A stretch of DNA of 64,000 nt from a virus. Taxonomy: Duplodnaviria; Caudoviricetes. Within the stretch, counting starts at the first letter, position 1; every line of letters starts with the position of its first letter. The stretch spans positions 8,369 to 72,368 of IMG/VR virus record IMGVR_UViG_3300028805_000101. The stretch is one strand, 5' to 3'. A program made the position numbers and the translations under genes. The notes beneath the pieces were generated by a model. The model saw nothing but the letters and a program-made list of their open reading frames with translations. It was not told the DNA's origin and did not search any database. Of this stretch, positions 50,009 to 61,267 are shown piece by piece.

Positions 50009-51025
50009 CTATGGATTTGGTTTTGGTAGGCCATTATCGCCAGATGTATAGGTGACTTTTTCCAATTCAAATTCGTCTACTTCCATATTCATATCATCAA
50101 GTTCTTTATTGAACTTCGTAGTATCTTCAGTGACTTTTTCCTTAAATTTGTCAAATTCTTCATCCATGCCATCGGCATCTTGCATAATATGGTAGGTCTT
50201 CTCTCCAATTTCTCTAAGTTGGTCTGAATAATCACCAAATCTACCAGCAATAGTGTCAGCATAAGATTCCAGTATTTCATAGTCTTTATTTGGATTATAC
50301 AGAACATCCATGTGGTTCACATTCTTGGATTTCTTCAATGCTTCATATTTCAAGTAATCATTGGTCTTCAATGGGTCATTTATATTGTATTGTTCTGGGA
50401 AGTCCTTAGTTGCTACGTCCCAGATTGGGTCGGACAATGGAATTGTTGGACTATCATTTTTAATGGTCAGCTTGGTGTCCTTATACACCCTTAAGGTCAA
50501 AGTATATGTATGCGATTGCAAACCAAATGCTTCCTGGTAATATTTTACATCTCTTATTTCATAGAATGTATTGTTTTGTGGAAGATAGACTACATCACCA
50601 ATTCTAGGCTGAAAATCATCATAAACTTTTGGTGTATTTCTATCTTTTCCACCATAAGTGCTCCAATATTTGAATGCTGTAACACCAACATAGCAAGTCA
50701 CAACATCTTCACCCCAGATACCTTGAATCTGGTATGTGCGAACATTTGGAGGCAATGATTCTGTATAGAGCATGAAATTGAAAGCTCTTTCAACAACTTG
50801 TAGTTGGTCTTCACCAAAAATTCTATCTCTTTTAAGATTTTCTGATATCTTATAATAGACTGACTGTAAACCATATTTGCCATAAGCTTCAGTTGTAAAT
50901 GCCTCTGCATTATGTCCTTCAGAATCAGATACAATATTACCATTTACCGATGAACAATATTGATTTCTTTTTGGCATTGTTGAACATAGCCAAGGATATG
51001 CAGATATATTTACATTTACAGTCAT
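50009..51025 (-). CDS. Neck/head-completion protein, T4 gp14-like
   Basis: PRIGDVVYLPQNNTFYEIRDVK...FG...YTLTLRVY. Confidence 0.7.
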   Translation of the reverse strand: MTVNVNISAYPWLCSTMPKRNQYCSSVNGNIVSDSEGHNAEAFTTEAYGKYGLQSVYYKISENLKRDRIFGEDQLQVVERAFNFMLYTESLPPNVRTYQIQGIWGEDVVTCYVGVTAFKYWSTYGGKDRNTPKVYDDFQPRIGDVVYLPQNNTFYEIRDVKYYQEAFGLQSHTYTLTLRVYKDTKLTIKNDSPTIPLSDPIWDVATKDFPEQYNINDPLKTNDYLKYEALKKSKNVNHMDVLYNPNKDYEILESYADTIAGRFGDYSDQLREIGEKTYHIMQDADGMDEEFDKFKEKVTEDTTKFNKELDDMNMEVDEFELEKVTYTSGDNGLPKPNP

Positions 51026-51032
51026 AATATAT

Positions 51033-51731
51033 TTATTGAAGTGTTATCAATCCTTCAACATTCCAGTCAACTTCTATATAGTTCTTATTTGAATAGAAGG
51101 TCTTACCTAAATCGTAATAAACCATTGGTATTAACTTATCATTATTATTTTTACAGCCAAGTAAGATATATCTCATAGCGGTCAAATTATTTTCTTGATA
51201 TGTCAAGTCTGCTGCAGTAAGACTTGCTACATTGTCTTCAACATAGGTCTTATTAATGCTATAAGTTCTATATTCAGCCGAACTATAATTTTCATCAAAA
51301 TTATATTCTGCCTTCCAGTGTTTCAATCCAGTAGTTGACATTGGATCTGGCTTATAATAATCTAAGTCTTTCATAACCCAACTGTTACAGTTTTGATAAA
51401 CGGTATCACCAAATATTCTAGAAGAACAAGCAATATTCTGATGTTCATCATACGAATATTCAGACGATATGTTTGTGTCTTTATTGTATGTTGTAATATT
51501 TGTATCTAAAATATAAGTATTAATTGGTGTTATAGTTGCACTGTGTGATATATTTTCTGCCAATTCTATTAAATTATCATAATAACCTGATATTTGTGAA
51601 AATATATTTAGAAAATTAGCATCTGAAGAATAATAGCCACTTATCTTATTATTATAATCACCTGAAATTTCATTATTACCTAATGCTTTCTTATATTGAG
51701 GAAATATCATTCTGTGTCCAGAAAAAGACAT
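51033..51731 (-). CDS. Putative tail-associated structural protein
   Basis: C-term AMRYILL...LIPMVYYDLG...IEVDWNVEGLITL resembles a common tail module; late cluster. Confidence 0.55.
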   Translation of the reverse strand: MSFSGHRMIFPQYKKALGNNEISGDYNNKISGYYSSDANFLNIFSQISGYYDNLIELAENISHSATITPINTYILDTNITTYNKDTNISSEYSYDEHQNIACSSRIFGDTVYQNCNSWVMKDLDYYKPDPMSTTGLKHWKAEYNFDENYSSAEYRTYSINKTYVEDNVASLTAADLTYQENNLTAMRYILLGCKNNNDKLIPMVYYDLGKTFYSNKNYIEVDWNVEGLITLQ

Positions 51732-51732
51732 A

Positions 51733-54700
51733 TTATTTAACCTCCAATATATTCATCTTATCATTATTGGATTCAGTATCAATCTTAAAACTAACACTAT
51801 TTCCTGTTAATGGAACATTATTAGAATTTTCCATAAACATTATATTTCTTCCAGATGAATCTACAACAAGTAATCCTGCAAAATCTTGTTCAGATGAAAC
51901 CGATGTTGTAGTGAAATTACCTTTCTTATATAAAGTATCTCTAATTTCGAGTGGTGTCAAATAATCACCAATAGTATAGTATGTTTTTGTATGAGTTCCA
52001 TCCAATGAGTAATATATCTTATCACCATTAGCAGTAAATGTTACATTATGTTTACCAATAAGACCATTAGTTTCAATATCTTGGAATGTATCATAATTTA
52101 TTGTAGCAGAATTTATTATATCATAAGTATAATAGAAATATTTATCATAGTCTTGTGAATGGGCTGATAATATAGATTTGTCAATAAATGATTCTTCAGT
52201 AGCAATTAAATTTGACATATCATTAATATATACAAGGCTATTATTCCTTCCGATTGGAGTACCTTCAGGTTCACCCATATAATACATATCTGGATTTTCT
52301 ATATTATATGGTGTCAAATGATAACTCTTATAAATAAATCTATTCTTTTCAAATATTCTAGGATTATGATACTTATTATTGTTATCGCCTAATGTAGCAT
52401 ATTCATAGAATTTACCAAATTCATCAGGATTTGTTAGAATATTTCTTAATTGTTTATCTGGTGCATAAGCCGGTTGTGTTTCTGTTCTTATGAATGTATA
52501 TCCATCAAAAGAATTCTGAATACCCGCAACTTCCATTCCATTTAAGTAATATCCTGAATTAAATGTCATACACGATACAGAACCATTTGTCGCAGTATAA
52601 GGTTCTAACTTATAAACATCGCAATATACATTATCTATCATGCCTTTGCCATCATGTTCAGCTAAATCAATTTTAAATTTAGTTGTTGCATACGAATTGG
52701 CTAAGCCTAAATAAATTCCAGTATTTCCATATAAGTATCTTTTATTCCATTTTTTAGTATGAGCAACATTAAGACTCAAATTATTATATGAATCAGGATC
52801 TTCATCACCCCAAGTATTAAAGAAATCATCATATAAAACTATAATAGGTGATATATTTGAAGTACAACTTGCAACAGTTATCAATTCATGTGCAATATTT
52901 CTCTTATTATATCCATTAGGTATATTCAAGCCTAAATTATTTACACTATCACTATTCATTTGGGGAGACAAATTCCAGTTACCCCAGAATGATGCACCGG
53001 CACCACCAGATGCATAGTTAGTCATAAATGGTAAATCAGCAATAAACAAATATCCTGTATCATCACCTTTCAATAAATCCTTTGTTGTTGGGTCTATTTT
53101 TGCAGAATATGAAGATACTTCAGGTTGTGTAGGAAATACTGGATTATATGTTTTAAAAAACCAAATATTTCTATCTGTAGTTGCTAGAGATAAACTATTT
53201 ACTGGATTATATTTTAATTCATAAATACCAACATATCTTCTATTATCTGCTTCATATTCAACACCATCATATACATAAGACTGATAGAGTTGATTATTTT
53301 TTCCTGTAAGAACCTTTAATTTATATGGTTTTATTTTTAAGTCTTCGCCAAATACACCATATGCACTAATATGTGAATTTATTAAACGAATTCCTGCAGT
53401 TTGAATGAATGTAGATGAAAGTTCCATATTACTGGTTTCATAATCTATTTTTCCAGCAATTACACCAAAAGCATTCTCAATACTTATATCAGCAGATGCT
53501 CCTATTGTATGTGTATTTCCATAGTTTGAATACATCATTATATCACAAGAACTTATTGTACAACCTGCTAGTATATAATCATATGAAACATTATCAGCAA
53601 AACAATATTCATCAGATGGAATATATCTACCAAATAAACCACCAGCAATAAATATTGGTTTTAACTTATAAATTATACAGTCATCTGTAATATCTCTATC
53701 CAAATCAACTGTCGGATCATCATCATAAAATGCAGAAAACATTAAATCAGCATTACAAGATGTAACGGTATTATTCGCGGAATAGACATAATAATCAGGT
53801 TTCTTATCCTTTGGTAATAATGGTGTCTGTTTGTAAACTACTTGATAACTCTTATCATTGCCTACAGGATTATAATTAAGCTGATAATTTGTATCAGCAT
53901 GTACTTTTAATAACTGACCTCTACCTTGCTTACCAGCAATACCACCAATGAAACCAACGAAATTAGTATCATTTGTAATTTTAACTCGAGTATATACACT
54001 TGATATAGTTCCATAGTTTGCACCAACAAGACATCCAATGTTATATGCCACACGAGCCATTGGACTCATTCTTAATGATGTCTGACAATATGCAGAAGGA
54101 CAATATGGAAAATAACTAGATGTGGCTGTGGTGCTTCCTTCATCATTTAAGGCTTTATCTATCTTATTCTTATAAACATTTTTAATAATGTTAGCATTGT
54201 AGCAGATATTGGAGCCACCCCATGCATCTCTATATGATGTTACTGTGTTCGGCCAGAATTTAGGAGGAATACCTGGATCTGTTTTCTTTTCATTCAAAGT
54301 ATTATTAAGAATACAAGTAGTATAGTTTAAGTCTTTATCAACACCCATATAAACAGGTATTTGACATAATGCTAATATTTCATTTTTTAATATAGTAGGA
54401 TTTGTTGTATCTGAATATTTAGCATCTGCATATTGACCACCAAGGCCTAATCCATAAAATACATTACCTACACGATTATATGCATTTAATGGCTGATAAT
54501 AAGGACCATTATTAATTCCAGTATATAAAATACTATCAAGAAAATCAAATTTTTTAGCTGTTGTACCAGTTAGTGCCCAATCTGCACTCAATGGCAGGTC
54601 ATTTTTAATATTATCAGTAGTCGCAGTAAGATTATGTGAATCTTGATAATATCTAGTTGATGCCCACATATCTTCGCCATAATAGCCTTCGGCGAAATAA

Positions 54701-55731
54701 CCAACATAAGGACAGACATTACCTGGTGAATTTATGCACCACGAATTTAAGAAATAGAAATTCTCAGTTCCTTTACTCCATTTTTGTCTAACTTTACCAT
54801 CTGACCAAGTATAATCATCACTCTTATTTGTGACTGAATATACTTCCGGAATAAACCCATTCAAATGTAATATAGGTGTAGATCTTATATTATAAACTTT
54901 TCCATAATTTCTACCAACAAGTACACCAGCATTAATATCTCTAGCATCAGATTTTATATGATTAAGATTAAGTTTCTTATTACAATTTAATGTTATATTA
55001 CCGTAAATATTAAAATTTTTTACAGTTCCAAATTTACCAAGTACACCAACAAGACCATAATCTGTTGTAGAACATTCTAATGTAATTTCTTGTAGATTAT
55101 AACCATTACCATCAAGAATACCTTCAAATGGATACTTTTCATCCGCACCGATTGGGTCACCATTGATAACGCCTTCAATTTTATCACCAATAACACCAAT
55201 AATTCTATTATTTAACTTATTTGCTCTATTTGCGAACCAAGTTAATTCATCTTTTGAACGAATATAATAGAAACCACCAGAATTTATATATTCTGTTATG
55301 CTTGTAATATTTGCACTAATTGTTGAATAATAATATTCTTTAAAGTTATCAAAATTTTCAGCATTAATGAACATCGGCTTGTTTGACAATACTTCATCAT
55401 CTAAAACTTTTCGCCATGATTTTTCATATATACAGCCACTAAGTAATCCTGTTCCTGACATAGTTTCAATTTTATAGTTGAAATTGTCAGAACTTAAAAC
55501 CATCTCGTCATGATTATATGCTGTTGCTTCAGCTGGACTTGTATAACTGAAAACTGTTGAATCAGTCTTCATAAAGTCATCAACATTTCTATATTGTTCC
55601 AAAGGCATTCTTGTAGTATCATAAGTATTCTTAAATACAGAATTAACTGGTATAAAATACCATTCATCTGCCGAAGGAACATTACCACTTAGAAATCGTT
55701 TTTTAAAATTATTGAATAATATTGAAGACAT
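51733..55731 (-). CDS. Large virion protein with GLUG/beta-helix segments
   Basis: PFEGILDGNGY, GVLVGRNYG, GCLVGANYG, IGGIAG; 1332 aa. Confidence 0.7.
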   Translation of the reverse strand: MSSILFNNFKKRFLSGNVPSADEWYFIPVNSVFKNTYDTTRMPLEQYRNVDDFMKTDSTVFSYTSPAEATAYNHDEMVLSSDNFNYKIETMSGTGLLSGCIYEKSWRKVLDDEVLSNKPMFINAENFDNFKEYYYSTISANITSITEYINSGGFYYIRSKDELTWFANRANKLNNRIIGVIGDKIEGVINGDPIGADEKYPFEGILDGNGYNLQEITLECSTTDYGLVGVLGKFGTVKNFNIYGNITLNCNKKLNLNHIKSDARDINAGVLVGRNYGKVYNIRSTPILHLNGFIPEVYSVTNKSDDYTWSDGKVRQKWSKGTENFYFLNSWCINSPGNVCPYVGYFAEGYYGEDMWASTRYYQDSHNLTATTDNIKNDLPLSADWALTGTTAKKFDFLDSILYTGINNGPYYQPLNAYNRVGNVFYGLGLGGQYADAKYSDTTNPTILKNEILALCQIPVYMGVDKDLNYTTCILNNTLNEKKTDPGIPPKFWPNTVTSYRDAWGGSNICYNANIIKNVYKNKIDKALNDEGSTTATSSYFPYCPSAYCQTSLRMSPMARVAYNIGCLVGANYGTISSVYTRVKITNDTNFVGFIGGIAGKQGRGQLLKVHADTNYQLNYNPVGNDKSYQVVYKQTPLLPKDKKPDYYVYSANNTVTSCNADLMFSAFYDDDPTVDLDRDITDDCIIYKLKPIFIAGGLFGRYIPSDEYCFADNVSYDYILAGCTISSCDIMMYSNYGNTHTIGASADISIENAFGVIAGKIDYETSNMELSSTFIQTAGIRLINSHISAYGVFGEDLKIKPYKLKVLTGKNNQLYQSYVYDGVEYEADNRRYVGIYELKYNPVNSLSLATTDRNIWFFKTYNPVFPTQPEVSSYSAKIDPTTKDLLKGDDTGYLFIADLPFMTNYASGGAGASFWGNWNLSPQMNSDSVNNLGLNIPNGYNKRNIAHELITVASCTSNISPIIVLYDDFFNTWGDEDPDSYNNLSLNVAHTKKWNKRYLYGNTGIYLGLANSYATTKFKIDLAEHDGKGMIDNVYCDVYKLEPYTATNGSVSCMTFNSGYYLNGMEVAGIQNSFDGYTFIRTETQPAYAPDKQLRNILTNPDEFGKFYEYATLGDNNNKYHNPRIFEKNRFIYKSYHLTPYNIENPDMYYMGEPEGTPIGRNNSLVYINDMSNLIATEESFIDKSILSAHSQDYDKYFYYTYDIINSATINYDTFQDIETNGLIGKHNVTFTANGDKIYYSLDGTHTKTYYTIGDYLTPLEIRDTLYKKGNFTTTSVSSEQDFAGLLVVDSSGRNIMFMENSNNVPLTGNSVSFKIDTESNNDKMNILEVK

Positions 55732-58700
55732 TATCTATTCCATCTTATAGCGTAATCATCATCATCTGTAGTTGTAGTAACAACATTTGGTCTTGGTGAA
55801 TCAAAAGTTATATTCATATTTATAGTATTGGCAATAGAATTTACCTGTGATGGTCTATCATAAATTGTTTCACTATCTATCCCTTTTATATCTGATTTTA
55901 CTTCTTCAGATGTATCACTCACATGTTCAAAATTTTTCCAATCATCAATAGTTTTTGAATTACCAGTTCCAAAGAAAGTTATACAAGCATTATTTATATC
56001 ATCTACAGTATCTTGAATCAATTTTATATACTTTGTACTATCCAAATCAAATTTGAAAGCAAATAGTAAATTAAGTTGACCATTTGAAGTTCTAATTATA
56101 CTAGGACTTCCTTGTGTTGTAAATGGATTTACTATTTTTTCAGTGTCTATATAGCCATTATCTTTATTTACAACAGCATTAATACCACCTGGAATAACAA
56201 TACTAAGCCTTCCTGAACCTGGTATTACTGGAACTCTATAAGTATTTGGATAATAGTCAGAATTTCTTACACTTTGGAATGAATACGAATCATATGTAGA
56301 ATAGTTGCTATGATTTTGTAACATTAAAGTATTAAATTGTAAAACCGAATTATTAGCATTATTATACTCATAAGTTGGTTGGTTATTTGCCGGAATACCA
56401 TCATTTACAGCATTAACATTACCAGGAAGTCTTAAACCACCATTAAGATAATAAGTTGGTCCTAAATTAAACACATATTTTGGATAGAAGTATCTATATG
56501 CAAGATAAAAATAATCAAAATTTGGTGCTTTAATCAAAGCATAAATATCTCTCAAGTCATCCCATCCATTAAAGCCATTCCATATAGATAAGTAATACAT
56601 TGAAGAATCATAATCATATTTCCAGATACACCAATTCTTAAAATCTTCTAACCAGAACCAATTCTGTTTTTCTTCTTCATATTCAATCTTATTATATCCA
56701 CCAAATGATGTATTATTATAAGCATAATAATCAGATGGAGTGACAAGACCGGATTTCTTTGCTCCTTCAATTAAAGCATCAATATCTACCTCTGAAGAAT
56801 CACTAAATATACGAATTTCTGGTTGATATTCAAGTTGTTCTTCTTTTGTATGTTGGTATAATTGCTTATAGTTACGAATTGATAATTTTTCCCATTTAGT
56901 TGTTATAACATTAACTTGTTTAATACGAGGATACTTTACAATTATCTTATTATTACCATCTCTTAATGTTACGATATTTAAGCCATCTGTATGATAATTT
57001 ATACCATCAATAAGATTTAGTTGTTCTTGTCGGTAATTAATATTTTTCCACATTACAAGATTTTTTATAGGTTCTTTGTCATTTATTACATAATCGCCTT
57101 CATCATTTAAAGGTAAAAAGTTAGAATATCCAAATAAAACAATCTTATCCTGATTATATTTTATATCAATTTTTGCTGTATCTATATAAGTATTTAATGA
57201 CTGTGCTGGTGTAAGACTCGTAATTGTTCCTGTTTCTCGTCTTGGTAATACACAAATTCTATCATTTTCTCTATATTCAACAGTTAAGGTTACATCTCGT
57301 CTAAATGAATTGTCATCAACATAAAATGTCTTTGTTTGTTCATATAGATAAGCATGGTCTTCAGTTTTTTCATGTTTTTCTGTAGATAATTGTTTAAGAT
57401 AAGAACCATCCCAATAAAATTCATATCCAGCATATACATCTGGAATTGGTGTATAGTTACTATCACTTACATCTACAGGGTCATCTTCGGTTACAGTATC
57501 AGGAATATAGTTATGTGCATAGTAATCTACACCATATGGAGGCGCACCACCAGTGCCTAATACAGTAAAATATTCACCTACATTAAATCCAATTCTACCT
57601 TCATTCTTTCGTTTTATCTGATATCTTATAACTTTTGTTGCAACAATTTTTCCTTCTTCTGTTACATAAGTATCATCTACTGGTAATTTAGTTGTTGCCA
57701 TTGTAGACTTATATCTTTGGTCTGTATTTGGATAGAACTTTGTATCAGCCAATATATGTGAATCTTTCTTAAAAGAATCCTGTTTAAAAAATCTAGCATC
57801 TTTCCAGCATTTTATTTCACCTACTAATGGATTTTGCATTGAATAATGTGATAAATGTGGTGGAACATTTTCTGTACCAAATCTATTTGGTGATAATTCA
57901 GGCCACCACACTACTTTCAATTCACCATTTATATAAACTACCCAATTTGATAGTATATAGCCTATACCAACTTCATTAAATAATTCCGGTGAATATAAAG
58001 CATCATAATCATATCCATTTGTTGTTTTACTCACTCTATACAATACATAAACTTTATTTGACTGATAGACCTTACCATCAGCAGTATTATAAACATCGTA
58101 TATAGGCAATTCTTCACACAAAGTACATAAATCACCATTACGAGCCACTGTATTATTTGTTGCATCTATTGTATAATATACTGATTTTCCTAATTCTCGT
58201 AAATTATCTATAAGTAAACCATTACTATCAACATCATATGAATATACGGTATTAATAAAATTAAGTGAATTATTTGAGCTTGTTGGATTATCCAAAGTAT
58301 CTTGTATTTCTTGATAATATGTTGATAATTCTCTTTCAAATATGAATGATTCATAACTATCAGTCCAAGACTTATCCCACGATGGAGAATCATACCTTAA
58401 TCCTGAGGACTCATATACAAACTTAAATTCTCTCCATATTTCAGTATTACCATTATGACCGATATATTGTATAAGTCTATATTTTGTATTATCATCTGGG
58501 TCAACAATTATAGTTAAAATACTTATACTATCTAGTAACTGATTATCATCATTTAGCCAACCGTATCTAACATCAGTATTAGACATATCATATAAGCCTA
58601 GAACGTTAGAGTACATTCTATTAAATAAACAATTATTAACTACAACATTCTTTATATATTCAAAGTAATTTAAACTGTTTGCTTTCAAATTAATTTTATA

Positions 58701-58976
58701 GTGTAAAGGAACAGTCCCAGATGAAGATGGTGTATATAAATCACTTGACCTATCATGAGTCCAAGTAATTGAATTATCTTCATTATTATATGGTAATACT
58801 ATAAATGCTGATACATCACAATATGCATTGAATTCTGAATACCATGCTTTATTACTTATATTTGAATTTAATAGTTCATATTCTCCCTGTGATACTAAAT
58901 CGTCGGCAGCATTATATTCATTTGTCTTATAAAAGATTTTATTGTTTATAATTGTATATTTAAACTTATAGCTCAT
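55731..58976 (-). CDS. Large Tyr/Asn/Asp-rich hypothetical virion protein
   Basis: 1081-aa ORF after ATAAATA late motif. Confidence 0.7.
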   Translation of the reverse strand: MSYKFKYTIINNKIFYKTNEYNAADDLVSQGEYELLNSNISNKAWYSEFNAYCDVSAFIVLPYNNEDNSITWTHDRSSDLYTPSSSGTVPLHYKINLKANSLNYFEYIKNVVVNNCLFNRMYSNVLGLYDMSNTDVRYGWLNDDNQLLDSISILTIIVDPDDNTKYRLIQYIGHNGNTEIWREFKFVYESSGLRYDSPSWDKSWTDSYESFIFERELSTYYQEIQDTLDNPTSSNNSLNFINTVYSYDVDSNGLLIDNLRELGKSVYYTIDATNNTVARNGDLCTLCEELPIYDVYNTADGKVYQSNKVYVLYRVSKTTNGYDYDALYSPELFNEVGIGYILSNWVVYINGELKVVWWPELSPNRFGTENVPPHLSHYSMQNPLVGEIKCWKDARFFKQDSFKKDSHILADTKFYPNTDQRYKSTMATTKLPVDDTYVTEEGKIVATKVIRYQIKRKNEGRIGFNVGEYFTVLGTGGAPPYGVDYYAHNYIPDTVTEDDPVDVSDSNYTPIPDVYAGYEFYWDGSYLKQLSTEKHEKTEDHAYLYEQTKTFYVDDNSFRRDVTLTVEYRENDRICVLPRRETGTITSLTPAQSLNTYIDTAKIDIKYNQDKIVLFGYSNFLPLNDEGDYVINDKEPIKNLVMWKNINYRQEQLNLIDGINYHTDGLNIVTLRDGNNKIIVKYPRIKQVNVITTKWEKLSIRNYKQLYQHTKEEQLEYQPEIRIFSDSSEVDIDALIEGAKKSGLVTPSDYYAYNNTSFGGYNKIEYEEEKQNWFWLEDFKNWCIWKYDYDSSMYYLSIWNGFNGWDDLRDIYALIKAPNFDYFYLAYRYFYPKYVFNLGPTYYLNGGLRLPGNVNAVNDGIPANNQPTYEYNNANNSVLQFNTLMLQNHSNYSTYDSYSFQSVRNSDYYPNTYRVPVIPGSGRLSIVIPGGINAVVNKDNGYIDTEKIVNPFTTQGSPSIIRTSNGQLNLLFAFKFDLDSTKYIKLIQDTVDDINNACITFFGTGNSKTIDDWKNFEHVSDTSEEVKSDIKGIDSETIYDRPSQVNSIANTINMNITFDSPRPNVVTTTTDDDDYAIRWNR

Positions 58977-59000
58977 AACAATATATTTATGAACACATAT

Positions 59001-60492
59001 TTAAATATTTACAGATGTTGTTATAGTAGGAAATTCTTGTTCCTTATAGTATGTCATTCTCTCATGCCAGTGTTTCATTAAATAGTTCTCAATTACACGG
59101 CCAGTTCTAGTCTTATAACTCAAATCATCTGCAATATCATATAGGATAATCTGGTCTTTTGTCTTATGTTTACGAAGACCTCTACCAATGGACTGTAGAA
59201 CTTTAATCTTTGATTTACTATTGGCAAATAGAATTACATCGTGCAATTTAGGCATATTTATACCAGTAGAACAAGTTGCATAAGTAGCCAATAATATTGT
59301 TCCATCTTCATTCTCAATACCAGTTCGGATTTCACCTCTTTCTTTACCACTAACAGCACCCGTAATTGTACTTATTTTCTTACCAGGATAATTAGTTGCA
59401 AACCATTCCTGCATTAGTTTAACATGTTTCAAATGGTTCACCAATATAAGAATATTGTGTTTATCATCTGTATGGTCTATAATCATTTTTAAGACCTTAT
59501 TTCTATCCTCATATTCTTCAACCATTTTAACTTCTTCAGGATAGCTTCTGCCTTTATTCTGCAATACGAAATCAGATGGATATTTTGCTATAATGTTGGC
59601 AATCTTAATTTTTGTAAGTACACCAACATCAATTAATTCCTTTGATTTAAGTTCAAATATAACATCGCCCATTACAGACTTAATCTGTAATAATTCAGCT
59701 TTATCTGAAGGTAATGTACCAGTCGTACCAATCTTAAATCTAGCATTTTCACATAGTTTGGCTATTCTAGTAAGTTCCTTTCCTTTGACCGAATGTACTT
59801 CATCGATAAATAATGCATCATATTTTTCAAAGAAATCATTTTCTTTATTCTGTAAAGACTGCCATGTAGAAATCAATACAGGCTTATCAAAATATGCTTC
59901 ATGACCTCCACCAAGTCTTTCAACTTCATGTTCCATATCTTCATAACCATAGTCAGTAAAATCATCAAACATCTGGTCAACAAGCATAATGTTTGGAACA
60001 ATTAGAAGGATTTTCTTATAATTTTTCTTTCTAAGACAACGAATAATATTGTAAATCATTAAAGACTTACCACTAGAAGTACAACTTAGAAGAATTCCTT
60101 TATGGTTAGTCAATGCAGCACGAACTGCTCTATCTTGATAATCACGAATTTCAAATGGAGCATTCTTCATATTGTCTTTAATCTGTTCAGAATATGAATC
60201 TTCATCCAATTGTTCTTGAAGTTCAGTATCATGGAATCCTTCAAGTTGAAATGTGGTTCCTTGAGATACACACCATTTGATTAGGTCTTTAACTAATCCA
60301 TAAGGTAGAATATGTGTCTTAATATTATATGCTCTATATCTCCCATCCCAAGCGCGAAGTTTATAGCGAGGATTAAACTGATATCCGTGCCATATATTCA
60401 GAATATCTCATATAAACATTATGATGAATGTCATCATCACAATCCAACTCAACTACACTTTCATTTATTTTTCTTATTACTAAGTCTATCAT
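59001..60492 (-). CDS. uvsW: UvsW-like SF2 DNA helicase, with +1 frameshift at about 60387
   Basis: CTSSGKS, DEVH, GTTGT, QSIGRGLR. N-terminus MIDLVIRK...VELDCDDDI...EYMA, then GYQFNPRYK...WDGR...LPYGL in the next frame, aligns by eye with T4 UvsW. Confidence 0.85.
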
Positions 60493-60576
60493 ATTTAACC
60501 TATTATAACGAATTCAATATAGAAAAAGGATAACCAATAATAGTTATCCTTTCGTTTTATTTATATATGTAAACTT

Positions 60577-60873
60577 TTATTCATAGCCTAAGAAATTAAT
60601 CTCAATAGCCATTTTGTTCAATTCAGCACCAAAATATTTAAAACAGTATTCAGGTCCTTTCTTTAAATATTCAGGTAAATTATACAATTTAAATTTTAAA
60701 ATTCTTTCTTTATTTTTTACATGACCTTCAAGATCCAATTCATTTGTTCGGTATATTGAAATATGTACAAAATTTTCTTCACCTATACTTGCATAGACAT
60801 AAGCATATTTATCATTATCTGTTTTACATATATAATCCCAGTCATCAATGTCATAATTATACGTGTGAATCAT
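60577..60873 (-). CDS. Hypothetical protein, paralog of 60950..61267
   Basis: MIHTYNYDIDDW...KGPEYCFKYFGAELNKMAIEINFLGY. Confidence 0.75.
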   Translation of the reverse strand: MIHTYNYDIDDWDYICKTDNDKYAYVYASIGEENFVHISIYRTNELDLEGHVKNKERILKFKLYNLPEYLKKGPEYCFKYFGAELNKMAIEINFLGYE

Positions 60874-60949
60874 AGTTCTATAACATAATCCTTTATTTTA
60901 ACTGAAATTTCTTTTCAATGTATCACCCTGTATAATACCAAGAATCTTT

Positions 60950-61267
60950 CTAGTAATAGCCTTTAAAATTCAACTCTATTTCCATTTTATCAAGTTCATT
61001 GTCAAAGAATTTCTTACAAAATTCAGGACCTTTCATTACAATCTGTCTTAAATTGAATCTCTTATTTGCTACACAGCAATATCTACTATTTTGACTTCTA
61101 TGTTGAGGCCAATTCATATTTTTACTATCGGACCTAAATAAGGATATTGATATTATATCCGGATTCTCTTGAAATGCAACCACGAAACAATATTCATACT
61201 GTTCTATTAATGGTACATCACACCATTTTTTCCAGTCATTCAAGTCCCAGTTATATTTCTTTATCAT
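60950..61267 (-). CDS. Hypothetical protein, paralog of 60577..60873
   Basis: MIKKYNWDLNDW...KGPEFCKKFFDNELDKMEIELNFKGY. Confidence 0.75.
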   Translation of the reverse strand: MIKKYNWDLNDWKKWCDVPLIEQYEYCFVVAFQENPDIISISLFRSDSKNMNWPQHRSQNSRYCCVANKRFNLRQIVMKGPEFCKKFFDNELDKMEIELNFKGYY

